A stretch of DNA of 62,258 nucleotides, filler included, from Candidatus Omnitrophota bacterium (GCA_023140385.1; 5 parts of 5 records of this genome joined end to end with filler, not necessarily neighbours in it), one strand, 5' to 3'; positions 9,907-20,515 are shown, counted from the whole stretch's first letter. A program made the numbers and translations. The notes: generated by a model from the letters alone, not told the origin.

Positions 9907-11178
9907 TCACTTTACCCTGATATGCCCCTCGCCCAAGATAATATACTTGTAGCTGGTTAGCTCGTTAACGCTCATAGGGCCGCGGGCGTGAATCTTATCA
10001 GTACTAATGCCGATCTCAGCGCCCAACCCAAACTGATTTCCGTCCGTAAAGCGGCTGGAAGCGTTTAGATAAACACAGGCAGAATCAACCCGCTCCAGAA
10101 AATAACCGGCACTTTCACAGCTATCCGTTACAATAACCTCCGCTAAGCCGGAACTGTACTTTTCTATATGCTCAACACCTTCATCTATGCTTGATACCAC
10201 CTTTATTGAAAGTATTTTATCCAAATATTCAGTTTGCCAATCTTTCAGGCACGCTTTTTTTATGCCTTTCTTAACAATCTTGCGCGTTTTATCGCACCCT
10301 CTTACTTCCGCCGCCTGCATTTTCAACTCCTTAACTAACAGCGGCAAAAACCTCACAGCTATCCTTTCATGAACTAATAACGTCTCAACCGCGTTACAGA
10401 CACTTGTTCTTTGCATCTTGGCGTTTATGACTATTTTCTGCGCCATATTCAAATCGGCATATTCATCAACGTATACATGACATAAGCCTTTAAAATGTTT
10501 TATTACGGGTATCCTTGAGTTTCTTGCCACCTCTTTGATAAGGCTTTCCCCGCCTCTGGGAATAATCAAATCTACCGATTCATCCTGCTTTAAAAGACTT
10601 AAAACCGCTTTTCTGTCAATAGTCTCAATTATATTAATCGTGCCCTCAGGCAGACCTTCTTTCAGAACAACCTCATTTAATATCTTAAATATCATCAGGT
10701 TTGAATTGAAAGCAAAGCTGCCGCCTCTTAATATCAGGGCATTTCCGGCCTTAAGGCACAAACCCACACAATCACTGGTCACATTAGGGCGAGACTCATA
10801 GATAACTCCGATGACTCCTATAGGAACGCGAACCTTCATTATTCGCAGTCCATTAGGCCTTTTTCCGGATGAGATAATCTCACCGACGGGATCGGGCATT
10901 CCCGCAACCTCCTTTAAGCAAGCGCTCATCCCGGCAATCCTTGAGGAATTAAGAGTAAGTCTATCAATAAAGCTTTCACCTATCTTCTTTTTCGCGGCCA
11001 TTTCCAGGTCTTTCTTGTTTTCCCTGATAATGGAATCAGACTTCTTAATAAGCATCCTGGCCATCCCAAGCAACACCTTATTTTTCTTTTCAGATGAAAT
11101 ATGCCGCAGGGTAAAAGAGGCCCTTTTTGCCTTCTGGCATAAACATTTTGTATCTTTTTGAATATTCATAAAGCTCAC
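9907..11178 (-). CDS. proA: glutamate-5-semialdehyde dehydrogenase
   Basis: IYESRPNVT, CNAVETLL and NASSRFTDG...GAEIGIST...HARGPM motifs. Confidence 0.95.
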   Translation of the reverse strand: MSFMNIQKDTKCLCQKAKRASFTLRHISSEKKNKVLLGMARMLIKKSDSIIRENKKDLEMAAKKKIGESFIDRLTLNSSRIAGMSACLKEVAGMPDPVGEIISSGKRPNGLRIMKVRVPIGVIGVIYESRPNVTSDCVGLCLKAGNALILRGGSFAFNSNLMIFKILNEVVLKEGLPEGTINIIETIDRKAVLSLLKQDESVDLIIPRGGESLIKEVARNSRIPVIKHFKGLCHVYVDEYADLNMAQKIVINAKMQRTSVCNAVETLLVHERIAVRFLPLLVKELKMQAAEVRGCDKTRKIVKKGIKKACLKDWQTEYLDKILSIKVVSSIDEGVEHIEKYSSGLAEVIVTDSCESAGYFLERVDSACVYLNASSRFTDGNQFGLGAEIGISTDKIHARGPMSVNELTSYKYIILGEGHIRVK

Positions 11179-11209
11179 TCCTGTAAATCTCGCTACAAAA
11201 CTTTATCCT

Positions 11210-12328
11210 TTAACGGGGCAAAATAACCAAATTATCTCTGTGAATAATCTCGTCGTAATACTTATAACCTAAGCGCTTCTCTATCATATTCGTCCGACAG
11301 CCTTGAATTTGTTTAATCTCTTTTAAAGAGTAATTCGTAAGCCCCCTGGCAAATTCTTTACGTTCTTCATTTAACACAGAAACAACATCTCCGTAGCTAA
11401 AGTCGCCGGCGGCATCGGATATACCGGCCGAAAGCAGGCTTCTGCCCTGATCTCTTAAGGCGGAAACAGCGCCTTTATCAACTGCTATCCTGCCTTTAGG
11501 CTTCCTGCCAAAAGCAATCCATCGTTTCCTATCCTTTAACTTGAGCGGCTGGGGCAAAAAAAGCGTCCCGACAGAGTCACCATTTACAACCTTCACCAAC
11601 ACATCCTCCATCCTTCCATTAGCTATAACACAGGAAATACCCGAAGATGTAGCAACTCTGGCAGCCTTCAGCTTGGTTTTCATGCCGCCAACACTTAAAC
11701 AGTGATTTGAACTATAAACAAGTTTTTCTATATTGTGATTTATCCGCTTGACCTCATCAACTTTACTCTTTTTCCCGTCAACACCGGTAGAGTAAAGGCC
11801 GTCCACATCAGTTAATATAATCAGGCAGTCGGCTCCGGTTAAATTCGCGACCAAAGCTGATAAAGCATCGTTATCGCCGAATTTAATCTCATCCGTAGCT
11901 ACCGTGTCATTTTCGTTAATAATAGGCACTACTCTCTTTTTCAAAAGCGACACGATGGTATTTTTCGCGTTCAGATAGCGCGCGCGGTCGCTTAAATCAG
12001 CCTGAGTTATGAGCAGTTGAGCTGTAAAAAAACCTCCTTTTTGAAAATAGTAATCATAAATATTCATAAGCCGGCTTTGCCCGACAGCCGCTGATGCCTG
12101 CAGCAAAGGCAGGGATTTTGGCCTGGTAGTTAAACCCAATAAGTTCATTCCGCCGGCAATCGCCCCCGAGGACACCAAAATAACCTCAACGTTATCATTA
12201 AGCAGCAAAAGTATCTGGTTCGTAAGATTTTGAATCTCCTTCTTATCCAGAGCGGCGCTGTCTGAAGTTATTATTTTCGTACCTACTTTAATGACCACCT
12301 TTTTGTAAATTGATTTTTTCTTTTTCAT
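11210..12328 (-). CDS. proB: glutamate 5-kinase with PUA domain
   Basis: VSSGAI, INENDTV, FGDNDALSA and GGMKTKL motifs. Confidence 0.95.
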   Translation of the reverse strand: MKKKKSIYKKVVIKVGTKIITSDSAALDKKEIQNLTNQILLLLNDNVEVILVSSGAIAGGMNLLGLTTRPKSLPLLQASAAVGQSRLMNIYDYYFQKGGFFTAQLLITQADLSDRARYLNAKNTIVSLLKKRVVPIINENDTVATDEIKFGDNDALSALVANLTGADCLIILTDVDGLYSTGVDGKKSKVDEVKRINHNIEKLVYSSNHCLSVGGMKTKLKAARVATSSGISCVIANGRMEDVLVKVVNGDSVGTLFLPQPLKLKDRKRWIAFGRKPKGRIAVDKGAVSALRDQGRSLLSAGISDAAGDFSYGDVVSVLNEERKEFARGLTNYSLKEIKQIQGCRTNMIEKRLGYKYYDEIIHRDNLVILPR

Positions 12329-13278
12329 AAGATATGGTAAATATTTTCTACCAGATTATCAAGATTATTCCCCGTTTTGCATGATATTGGTACCGCGATT
12401 TCTTTCGTTTTCTTGCTGAAGACTTCAAGATTCTTCCGCGACTGCGCGAGATCCATCTTATTTGCGGCGATAAGGTAAGGTTTTTTAAGCAGTTTCGGCT
12501 TATACAGCCCTAACTCCTCTCTTAAAGAGACAAAGTCATCCCAGGGATTCCTCCCGTCGACACCCGCCATATCAATAAGAAACACAAGGATTACCGTTCT
12601 TTCAATGTGCCTGAGGAACTTATCTCCCAGGCCCGTACCTTGATGCGCGCCTTCAATTAATCCTGGAATATCAGCAACCTTAAATAATCGGTCATTATAC
12701 TCGACTATTCCAAGAACTGGTGCTTTGGTGGTAAAGGGATAGGGCGCGATTTTCGGTTTTGCTTTGGAGATACAACTAATAAGAGATGATTTACCAGCGT
12801 TGGGGTACCCAACCAGGCCGACTTCAGCGATTAACTTCAGCTCCAGCAAAAGATGAAACGACTCACCGGCTTTACCTTCTTCAGGCACCGGCATCTTCGA
12901 ATTTCCGCGGCCGCCCCTGCCTCCTCGGGCCATAACAACCTCTTGGCCGTCTTTTACTAAGTCTTTTAGAATCAACTTGTTTTCCGCGTCCTGAATTAAT
13001 GTCCCCGGCGGTACTAATATAACACAATCCTGGCCGCTTCTGCCTGCTTTATTATTAGATCCGCCGCTCCCACCTACCGCGGCCCTAATACTTCTTTTAT
13101 ATCTAAACTCTCTCAGGCTGTGAACGCCGCTGTCAGCCTTGATTATGATATGGCCTCCCCTTCCTCCATCGCCGCCGTCGGGACGCCTTTTTTTTACATC
13201 CCTGCTATGATGAAAGCTTTTACAGCCTCTTCCTCCTGAGCCCGCCTGAATAAAGACGCCGGCCTCGTCTACAAACAT
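12325..13278 (-). CDS. obg: Obg family GTPase
   Basis: MFVDEA, PDGGDGGRGG, GYPNAGKS, YPFTT, DIPGLIEGA and ANKMD motifs. Follows rplU-rpmA. Confidence 0.93.
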   Translation of the reverse strand: MFVDEAGVFIQAGSGGRGCKSFHHSRDVKKRRPDGGDGGRGGHIIIKADSGVHSLREFRYKRSIRAAVGGSGGSNNKAGRSGQDCVILVPPGTLIQDAENKLILKDLVKDGQEVVMARGGRGGRGNSKMPVPEEGKAGESFHLLLELKLIAEVGLVGYPNAGKSSLISCISKAKPKIAPYPFTTKAPVLGIVEYNDRLFKVADIPGLIEGAHQGTGLGDKFLRHIERTVILVFLIDMAGVDGRNPWDDFVSLREELGLYKPKLLKKPYLIAANKMDLAQSRKNLEVFSKKTKEIAVPISCKTGNNLDNLVENIYHIL

Positions 13279-13520
13279 TATTGCGGAAGAATACTAATCA
13301 AGCGAACTTTTGAGAATTTCACCAGTCCGGATTTTTTGGCAAAGAGAGTGTCATCCGAACCCTTGCCTACATTTAAACCCGGCTTAAACTTACTGCCCCG
13401 CTGTCTTACAATAATAGCACCCGCCTTAACAACTTCGCCGTCAAACTTCTTAAGTCCTAAACGCCTTCCGATAGAATCCCGCCCGTTACGAGTTGAACCC
13501 ATCCCTTTTTTATGCGCCAT
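13278..13520 (-). CDS. rpmA: 50S ribosomal protein L27
   Basis: [16 protein letters not shown]...IIVRQRG. Confidence 0.97.
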   Translation of the reverse strand: MAHKKGMGSTRNGRDSIGRRLGLKKFDGEVVKAGAIIVRQRGSKFKPGLNVGKGSDDTLFAKKSGLVKFSKVRLISILPQ

Positions 13521-13554
13521 TGTTTTTACCTCACTGTTAAAAAATGAAAGGAGA

Positions 13555-13875
13555 TTACTCCTCCTCCAGAATTATATCCTTAACCTTTAATCTTGTAAAG
13601 AGCTGCCTGTGACCCCTTATTGACTTGGAGTCCTTTCGCCTTCTATACTTGAAAGCAATCACCTTTTTACCTTTATCGTTCTTTAAAACAACGCAGGCAA
13701 TTTTAGCCTTTTTAATATAAGGTGTTCCGATATATATCTTTTTGCCCTTTGAAGCAAGTAAAATATGATTAAGATTAAAAGAGCTTCCTTCCTTTTTATT
13801 AAGAAATTCTACCTCTATCTCATCTCCTTTATTGACTTTGTACTGTTTCCCGCCTGTCTCAACTATCGCGTACAT
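13555..13875 (-). CDS. rplU: 50S ribosomal protein L21
   Basis: [14 protein letters not shown]...GHRQ, likely start 13875. Confidence 0.96.
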   Translation of the reverse strand: MYAIVETGGKQYKVNKGDEIEVEFLNKKEGSSFNLNHILLASKGKKIYIGTPYIKKAKIACVVLKNDKGKKVIAFKYRRRKDSKSIRGHRQLFTRLKVKDIILEEE

Positions 13876-13905
13876 TTCTTTTCTCCTTATTAATACCAAA
13901 TTAGT

Positions 13906-13934
13906 AGAATATCAAATAACCCCTATTTTGTCAA
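13906..13934 (-). promoter_or_regulatory. sigma70-type promoter of the rplU operon
   Basis: TTGACA-17 nt-TATTCT on the minus strand. Confidence 0.7.
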
Positions 13935-13953
13935 GGTAATTAGAAAAATTACC

Positions 13954-15489
13954 TTAAGCAAAGTCTCTATTGTCTTTTTGCGCTCCATTAAAACCCTTTG
14001 TAATTCTGATATCTTCAAGATGCTGATTTGCGTCCGGTTCTATATTTATTTTCGCGCCATACTCCTCTTCCAAAAAAGTAAACTCCTGTCTCTGCTGATT
14101 AAATATATAAGAAGCTACCTTAGGATGCAAAAAGACGCTTAACTCTTTATTCTCCGTCTTTCTTAAGAACTTTTTTATGCCCCTTAAGGCCTCAATAGCT
14201 ATAGTGGAAATTGACTTCACCAAACCTTTGCCGCCGCAATAACAGCACGTTTGAGAAGAAGCGCTCTCTAAGCTCTTACCCACTCTCTGTCTGGTCATTT
14301 CAAGCACGCCAAGATCGGAAACAGGCAGAACCTTTGTTTTTGCCCGGTCACTTCTTAAGGCCTCAAGCAGAAGTCGAAAAATCTTCTGGCGCTGATGCCG
14401 CTGAGGCATATCAATAAAATCTATGATTATTATACCTCCCAAGTCCCTCAATTTAAGCTGTCTTGATATCTCAACCGCCGCCTCTTTATTGGTGATAAAA
14501 GCCGTCTCTTCAAGGCTTCCCTTTTTAACAAAGCGGCCCGTATTAACATCTATAGATATCAGACTCTCAGTCGGTTCAATAATTATATAACCGCCGGATT
14601 TAAGCTTAACGTTTCTTTTATGCATCCTTTCAATTGAGTCTTCCAGATTATATTCTTCAAAAAGCGGTTTTTTGCCCGCATAAAAAGATAGCTTTGACTT
14701 TAAATCAGGCGTAAGAAATTTTAGAAAATGTGATATCCTCACGAATTCCTTCTTATCATCAACTATAAGAGTTTCCACATCCTCGGAAAAATAATCACGG
14801 ATTACTCTTGAAATCAGGTCGTACTCCTGATGAATCAGGGCGGGGCTGCTTTGCCTCTTTGAATTATGATTAATTCTCTTTAGAAGATGCATCAAGTACT
14901 TAAAGTCCCTGATCAACTCCTTTTTGCTTGCGTCTTCCGCGAAAGTTCTGACAATAAGGCCGGCTCCCCTGGGGAGCCTGAAATCCTTTATAATGCTTCT
15001 CAGCCTCTCCCTCTCTTCCTGATTATGAATTCTTTTTGAGATGCCAAAGCATTTCTGATAGGGCATTAGAACCAGGTATCTGCCCGGCAGGCTAATATTG
15101 GTTGTCAGGCGCGGGCCTTTGGTGCTGATGTTATCTTTTACTACCTGAACCAGCACCTCCTGATTGGGCCTCAAAACATCCTGTATGCTCACATCCTCCT
15201 TGAATCTGGTAGGCTCTAACTCTTCAGCCTCTTCTTCAATGATTTCCTTATAATCAGCAAGGGGTTTGGTGATATCAGTTATATACAAAAAACCATTCTT
15301 CTTAAGCCCCAGATTAATAAACGCGGCTTGAATTCCGGAAACCACACTTTCTACCTTAGCCTTGTAAATATTACCCATCAGGCGCGTATGATCAGGCCTT
15401 TCGCAAAAATACTGCTCCAAACTTCCATTGTCAATAATGGCTATCCTTTTCTCCTGCCTTTCAACGCTTATTATAATTTTTCTCTCCAT
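13954..15489 (-). CDS. rng: Rne/Rng family ribonuclease (RNase G-like)
   Basis: GNIYKAKV, IDVNTG, LRDLGGIIIIDFIDM and EMTRQR motifs. Confidence 0.92.
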   Translation of the reverse strand: MERKIIISVERQEKRIAIIDNGSLEQYFCERPDHTRLMGNIYKAKVESVVSGIQAAFINLGLKKNGFLYITDITKPLADYKEIIEEEAEELEPTRFKEDVSIQDVLRPNQEVLVQVVKDNISTKGPRLTTNISLPGRYLVLMPYQKCFGISKRIHNQEERERLRSIIKDFRLPRGAGLIVRTFAEDASKKELIRDFKYLMHLLKRINHNSKRQSSPALIHQEYDLISRVIRDYFSEDVETLIVDDKKEFVRISHFLKFLTPDLKSKLSFYAGKKPLFEEYNLEDSIERMHKRNVKLKSGGYIIIEPTESLISIDVNTGRFVKKGSLEETAFITNKEAAVEISRQLKLRDLGGIIIIDFIDMPQRHQRQKIFRLLLEALRSDRAKTKVLPVSDLGVLEMTRQRVGKSLESASSQTCCYCGGKGLVKSISTIAIEALRGIKKFLRKTENKELSVFLHPKVASYIFNQQRQEFTFLEEEYGAKINIEPDANQHLEDIRITKGFNGAQKDNRDFA

Positions 15490-15575
15490 AAATCTTCTAA
15501 ACTCCTTATAATTATAAAAGACAGGTTATCCAACCCGTCTTTAAGTAATTTAATTACTAACTCGAATTTGTTCTA

Positions 15576-17030
15576 TTAAGATGGTCTTTCCTGCTCAAAC
15601 CGTACCGTTGGAATCACATCAATTGTCCCCGCCTCTTTCAGGATATGCGGCGTTAAAAATATCAAGAGGTCTCTCTTTTCAACCTCAGTGTCTTTTTTGG
15701 AGAAGAGTAAGCCCAACAGGGGGATGTCTCCTAAAAAAGGTATTTTTTTCCTGGTTTCAATCACCTTGTCTTTTATCAACCCGCCTATTACCAGCGTTTC
15801 GCCGTCTTTAATCATCACTTGAGCCTCTGCCTGCTTGGTAGATATAATAGGCACTTCGGCGCCTTCAAAGGTAACAACGCCGGTTAGATCGCTAACCTCC
15901 GGCTTTACATCCAATGTTATATATCCGTCTTCGTTAACAGTCGGAGTCACATCAAGAAGAATGCCGTATTCAATATACTCCCAGCCGGAAACGTTCCATC
16001 TGCCGGTCGAATCCGAATAAGAGTAAGTTGCCACCGGCCATTTAGTCCCCACTGTTATCCTTGCCAACTGATTGTTCAACGTGGTAATTTTCGGATTAGA
16101 CAAAATGTTGGTGTCTGTTTTTGAAAATAACGCCGCCAGGGTTGCCTGTAGGCCGGTAAAGTCCAGAGTACCAAACTGGAAGTACTCCTTTTCGCCAAGC
16201 GCGCCGGGCGCCATTGGAAGGGAACTAAACTCAAACGGCTCATTAGGATGAAGCACCAGATCATTGGTAAAAGCAAAATCGCTTGTCACGCTAATCTCGC
16301 CTGCTTCAATATCAGCGCCGTATTTAGGCACAGGATACAGACCGCCTCTCGGCCCCCACTGGCTAAATGGAAAAGTAGTAGGCCTTCTGGCTCCATCAAC
16401 TATAATCTTACTCTCCCAATCTATTCCCAGGCTTTTATCCTCCCCAATGGTGGTTTCAATTATTCTCGCTTCAATCTGTATCTGAGGCGTCCTGCTATCC
16501 AGCTGTTCAATAATATCCGCTATCGCCTTTATGCTGCTGGTTATGTCTGTCAGTATTAACTGGTTAGTTCTTACATCAAACTGAATCTTGCCCCGGCAGG
16601 TCAAGAGTTCACCCATGGAAACAGATAATGTCTCAGCCTTCGCGTAGTTAAGAGCGAATATCTTTGTTTGAAGTTCTTCTTTGGCCAGATTTTCCACCGT
16701 TGTAACCCTGATAATATTACCGTCCCGCTCATATACATACCCTTGAGTTTTTAATACTACCTTAAGGGCTTTGTCCCAGGGTACATCTTGCAGTTTTATA
16801 GTTACACTTCCCTCCACCTCACTGCCGGCAATTATATTCAAGCCGCTCTTGTCCGAAATAAGTAACAAAACATCTTTAATGTCGGCGTTTTTAAAGTCCA
16901 TTGTAACTTTTACCTCAGAAGATTCAGAACCGGCAGGCAAATTTTGCCGCGCCTCCGCGCCTCCGGTATAACTTGTCAAAATTACAACTAGTACAATGAT
17001 AATCGCGCCTATTTTTCTCAATCTATTCAT
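15576..17030 (-). CDS. type IV pilus secretin, PilQ-like
   Basis: Signal peptide, STN-like MDFKNADIKDVL, QIQIEARIIE, LSNPKITTLNNQ and KIPFLGDIPLLGLLF. Confidence 0.88.
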   Translation of the reverse strand: MNRLRKIGAIIIVLVVILTSYTGGAEARQNLPAGSESSEVKVTMDFKNADIKDVLLLISDKSGLNIIAGSEVEGSVTIKLQDVPWDKALKVVLKTQGYVYERDGNIIRVTTVENLAKEELQTKIFALNYAKAETLSVSMGELLTCRGKIQFDVRTNQLILTDITSSIKAIADIIEQLDSRTPQIQIEARIIETTIGEDKSLGIDWESKIIVDGARRPTTFPFSQWGPRGGLYPVPKYGADIEAGEISVTSDFAFTNDLVLHPNEPFEFSSLPMAPGALGEKEYFQFGTLDFTGLQATLAALFSKTDTNILSNPKITTLNNQLARITVGTKWPVATYSYSDSTGRWNVSGWEYIEYGILLDVTPTVNEDGYITLDVKPEVSDLTGVVTFEGAEVPIISTKQAEAQVMIKDGETLVIGGLIKDKVIETRKKIPFLGDIPLLGLLFSKKDTEVEKRDLLIFLTPHILKEAGTIDVIPTVRFEQERPS

Positions 17031-17436
17031 TGCCCCTGTCCGGCTTTGCCCCTTCAGCCTGTTTTAGTTTCACTATTTTTTTTTCGCCAAGAACATCAAG
17101 AATAACTCTATCGCGGTCGATCCGCTTAACCTCAAAAAAATCAGTTTTATCTCCGACCTTCATTACGCGGCCGTCTATAATAATTCTTGAGCCATCACGC
17201 GGATCATAAACTATGCCCTCTAACTTTATCGCCCCGCTTTTATCTATAGGCCCCGGCTCCCGATCTCCCTCATCCTCCTTTTGACCTAAAGCACTGCCTG
17301 GAGCAATAAATGGATCTCTTTTGTTATGACTATTATACACGAATTTATCATCAGATGCAAAAATATTTAAAGCTGTAAAAAACATATATATTAGTAGAAA
17401 CAAGAGCAGATTATAAACTTTCATCATCTGCCCCAT
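17023..17436 (-). CDS. PilP-like pilus assembly protein
   Basis: KRDPF and LEGIVYD motifs, located between PilO and the secretin. Confidence 0.6.
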   Translation of the reverse strand: MGQMMKVYNLLLFLLIYMFFTALNIFASDDKFVYNSHNKRDPFIAPGSALGQKEDEGDREPGPIDKSGAIKLEGIVYDPRDGSRIIIDGRVMKVGDKTDFFEVKRIDRDRVILDVLGEKKIVKLKQAEGAKPDRGNE

Positions 17437-18013
17437 TTTCTTTTATCAGCATATAGGTATAAACCAATATATCGGCTTTATGCTCATGTCGCGCTTTGTC
17501 GTTACTTTTTATCTCAAAACTTTGAATTTTCATAAACCGTTCCGCGTTTTCAAGCTTGTTTATAAACAGCCCTATGCTATGATAACCGCCTTTAAGCTTA
17601 AGGGCAAGGGGCACGGTAGCATATATGGCCTGCTCTTTTTCAGCCTTTATTTCCGCCTTTTTTTCAATCTGAAACAGTTTGACGTTGGTTTGCTTGGCCG
17701 CTCCTGAAAGATATTGAAGCAGATAAGGAATATCTTTCTCCGTGGGCAGCATCCTTTCGTAGTAGTTAATCTTGCTTTTCAGTTTTGAAATCTTCTTTTT
17801 TGCTTCTTCTATTTTCTCCCTTTGCTTCTCGCAGTCCCCGCTCATATTTAAGCCGGCCCCTTTTTCATTCACACTTGCTTTAACCTCTTTTAAAGCTGAA
17901 AACCTGGGCCCTAAAAATATAAAATAAAATAGAGCGGCGGCTAACACATAAGCCGCGAATATACTAAGAATAATCTGCTGGGATTTATCCTCTTTAAGAC
18001 TTTCCAGATTCAT
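17411..18013 (-). CDS. pilO: type IV pilus assembly protein PilO
   Basis: N-terminal TM, coiled coil, LPTEKDIPYLL and GGYHSIGLFINKLE. Confidence 0.82.
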   Translation of the reverse strand: MNLESLKEDKSQQIILSIFAAYVLAAALFYFIFLGPRFSALKEVKASVNEKGAGLNMSGDCEKQREKIEEAKKKISKLKSKINYYERMLPTEKDIPYLLQYLSGAAKQTNVKLFQIEKKAEIKAEKEQAIYATVPLALKLKGGYHSIGLFINKLENAERFMKIQSFEIKSNDKARHEHKADILVYTYMLIKENGADDESL

Positions 18014-18308
18014 CCATTAAAACCTTTTCTTTTAACGAGCAAAACACAACAAAGCTAACATACTCCATGCCGCCTTCTTTTCTTTTTATAATCCTCAACT
18101 CAATGTCTTTGAAGTCGCCAAAGAAATACTTATGGCCTTTTATGTTATTCATAAAGTTACCCACCAGGGCTTCTTCATTGCCCTTTTCTGAATAAACTTT
18201 TCCCTCTATCACCAAAACCTTCTGGTCAAATTTAAGTTTCGTCAGCCAGATTCCGTCTATCATCAGGTCGCTTAATTCATTTAACTTTTTAGAGCAGGAT
18301 ATTCTGTC
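17994..18308 (-). CDS. PilN-like protein, N-terminus missing (contig end)
   Basis: GIWLTKL...IEGKVYS...FMNNIK, immediately upstream of pilO. Confidence 0.65.
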   Translation of the reverse strand, partial: DRISCSKKLNELSDLMIDGIWLTKLKFDQKVLVIEGKVYSEKGNEEALVGNFMNNIKGHKYFFGDFKDIELRIIKRKEGGMEYVSFVVFCSLKEKVLMDESGKS

Positions 18309-18408
18309 NNNNNNNNNNNNNNNNNNNNNNNNNNNNNNNNNNNNNNNNNNNNTTAATTAATTAANNNNNNNNNNNNNNNNNNNNNNNNNNNNNNNNNNNN
18401 NNNNNNNN
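18309..18408. other. artificial contig linker
   Basis: N44-TTAATTAATTAA-N44, with stops in all six frames. Confidence 0.97.
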
Positions 18409-18905
18409 TTTTAGAAGAGAATGTGAGTGAAATAGATGTAGTTGTCTCCACAACAAATATTGATGAAACAAACATCCTTGTCTCTTTGCTTGCAAAAGAG
18501 ATGGGTGCTCATAGTACAATAACAAAAATCAGCAAGACAAATTATTTTCCGCTTATGAAAACAATTGGACTTGATCAGGTGGTAAGCCCACGACTTTCAG
18601 CAGCAAGATCAATACTGAGAGACATTAGAAAAGGTAAAGTCTTGTCTGCTGTATCAGTATTTGGTGAGGGAGCAGAGTTTATTGAAGCAGTTGCATTAAA
18701 GACTTCAGGTATTACAAAAAAACCATTAAGAAAAATTGCTTTTCCCAAGGGTTCCATACTTGTATGTATAATAAGAGAAGATGAAATAATAATTCCTTCA
18801 GGAGAAAGTGTTGTGGAACCTGATGATAGAATTATTATATTTTCAAAAAAAGAAGATATACAAAAACTTGAAAAGCTGCTTACAGTAAAACTGGAATTTT
18901 TCTAA
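18409..18905 (+). CDS. trkA: Trk potassium uptake protein TrkA, C-terminal part
   Basis: DETNILVSLLAKEMGA, VVSPR, RCK_C IIPSGESVVEPDDRIIIF, directly upstream of trkH. Confidence 0.88.
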
Positions 18906-20354
18906 ATGCGTTGGCAATATATTTCAAAAACAATTGGTATATTATTAGTATTTCTGTGTTTTGCAATGACACTCCCTTTGGCCCTTAGCTTTCATTATAA
19001 GGATGGTCAGCTTATACCAATTATTGAATCAATAGCAATTACACTGATTGCAGGCCTTTTTTTGATTTTTTGGGGTAGGAAGTCCGAGATTGATTTTTTA
19101 AGTCAGCGGGAAGGGATTGCTATTGTAGCTTTGGGCTGGACTGCCATAGGCTTGTTTGGTGCTTTCCCATTTTTTCTTGGGCACACATTTTTATCTTTTA
19201 CAGATGCTTTTTTTGAATCTGTTTCCGGCTTTACAACAACCGGATCATCAGTAATGACAAATATTGAAGCAGTATCTCTGAGCATACTTATGTGGCGCAG
19301 TTTTATTCAATGGCTTGGAGGAATGGGAATTATCGTTCTGACTCTTGCCATCCTTCCTTTTCTTGGTGTAGGTGGTATGCAGCTGTATAAAGCTGAGGTG
19401 CCAAGCCCTGTGCCTGATAAGCTTACTCCAAGACTTGCGGATTCTGCAAAGATACTCTGGGCAGTTTACGCAGGGATTACTGTTATAGAGGTTATTTTTC
19501 TTCTGGGCGGCGGAATGAGCTTTTATGATTCTTTATCCCATGCTTTTACAACTATGCCAACAGGCGGATTTTCACCTAAAAATACATCCATTGCATATTA
19601 CGACAGTGCATATATTGATTATGTAATTGCTTTTTTCATGTTGCTGGCAGGGATCAATTTTTCTCTCTATTATCAGTTGTTGAGAGGCAAGCCCCTTGCA
19701 TTCTGGAGAGATACTGAATTCCGTTTTTTTATTATAATAATTTTAATATTCACAGTGCTTATTATGGTTAATACCTATGGCTCTGTTTATGAGACTGTTG
19801 AAAAGTCATTCAGATATGCATTTTTCCAGGTAATTTCTATATTGACAACTACCGGATATGCCACTGCTGATTATGAGATATTTCCCGGGGTGAGCCATAT
19901 AATCCTTTTTATCTGCATGTTTATAGGCGCGTCCGCAGGTTCAACCGGTGGTGGAATGAAATGCTCACGTATTATTATAGCTTTTAAATATTGTTATCGA
20001 GAGCTTTTCAAATTAATTCATCCCAGAAGTGTTGCCCAGATAAAGATTAATTCAAATGTTGTTTCAGATGATGTTTTGCGAAGCATAATGGGCTTTTTAG
20101 CATTGTATATTGGATTGTTTGTTATTTGCAGTATACTGCTTGGGGCAATGGGTATTGATATGGTGACATCTTTTGGAGCAGTTGCTTCCTGTATAGGAAA
20201 TATCGGTCCCGGATTTGGAACTGTTGGGCCTACGGAAAATTTTGCCCATCTTCCGATTTTAGCTAAGTGGCTGTTATTATGGTGTATGCTTCTTGGGAGG
20301 CTCGAGATATACACAATTATAATACTTTTAGTCCCTGAATTCTGGAAAAAATAA
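18906..20354 (+). CDS. trkH: Trk potassium uptake permease
   Basis: FESVSGFTTTG, QWLGGMG, GSTGGG and LGRLEI motifs. Confidence 0.95.
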   Translation: MRWQYISKTIGILLVFLCFAMTLPLALSFHYKDGQLIPIIESIAITLIAGLFLIFWGRKSEIDFLSQREGIAIVALGWTAIGLFGAFPFFLGHTFLSFTDAFFESVSGFTTTGSSVMTNIEAVSLSILMWRSFIQWLGGMGIIVLTLAILPFLGVGGMQLYKAEVPSPVPDKLTPRLADSAKILWAVYAGITVIEVIFLLGGGMSFYDSLSHAFTTMPTGGFSPKNTSIAYYDSAYIDYVIAFFMLLAGINFSLYYQLLRGKPLAFWRDTEFRFFIIIILIFTVLIMVNTYGSVYETVEKSFRYAFFQVISILTTTGYATADYEIFPGVSHIILFICMFIGASAGSTGGGMKCSRIIIAFKYCYRELFKLIHPRSVAQIKINSNVVSDDVLRSIMGFLALYIGLFVICSILLGAMGIDMVTSFGAVASCIGNIGPGFGTVGPTENFAHLPILAKWLLLWCMLLGRLEIYTIIILLVPEFWKK

Positions 20355-20375
20355 ACAGATATTTGAAATATCTTG

Positions 20376-20404
20376 TTGACAAAATTATTAAAATCAACTA
20401 TAAA
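20376..20404 (+). promoter_or_regulatory. sigma70-type promoter of tRNA-Lys/Glu
   Basis: TTGACA-17 nt-TATAAA. Confidence 0.7.
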
Positions 20405-20426
20405 TACGTCTTGTTTTTGATGGTAA

Positions 20427-20502
20427 GGGTCGTTAACTCAGTTGGTAGAGTATCTCCCTTTTAAGGAGAGAGTCACTGGTTCGAGCCCAGTACGGCCCAC
20501 CA
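20427..20502 (+). tRNA. tRNA-Lys(TTT)
   Basis: 76-nt cloverleaf, anticodon arm TCTCC-CTTTTAA-GGAGA, GGTTCGAG T-loop, CCA end. Confidence 0.95.
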
Positions 20503-20515
20503 AAAAAATTGTTAC

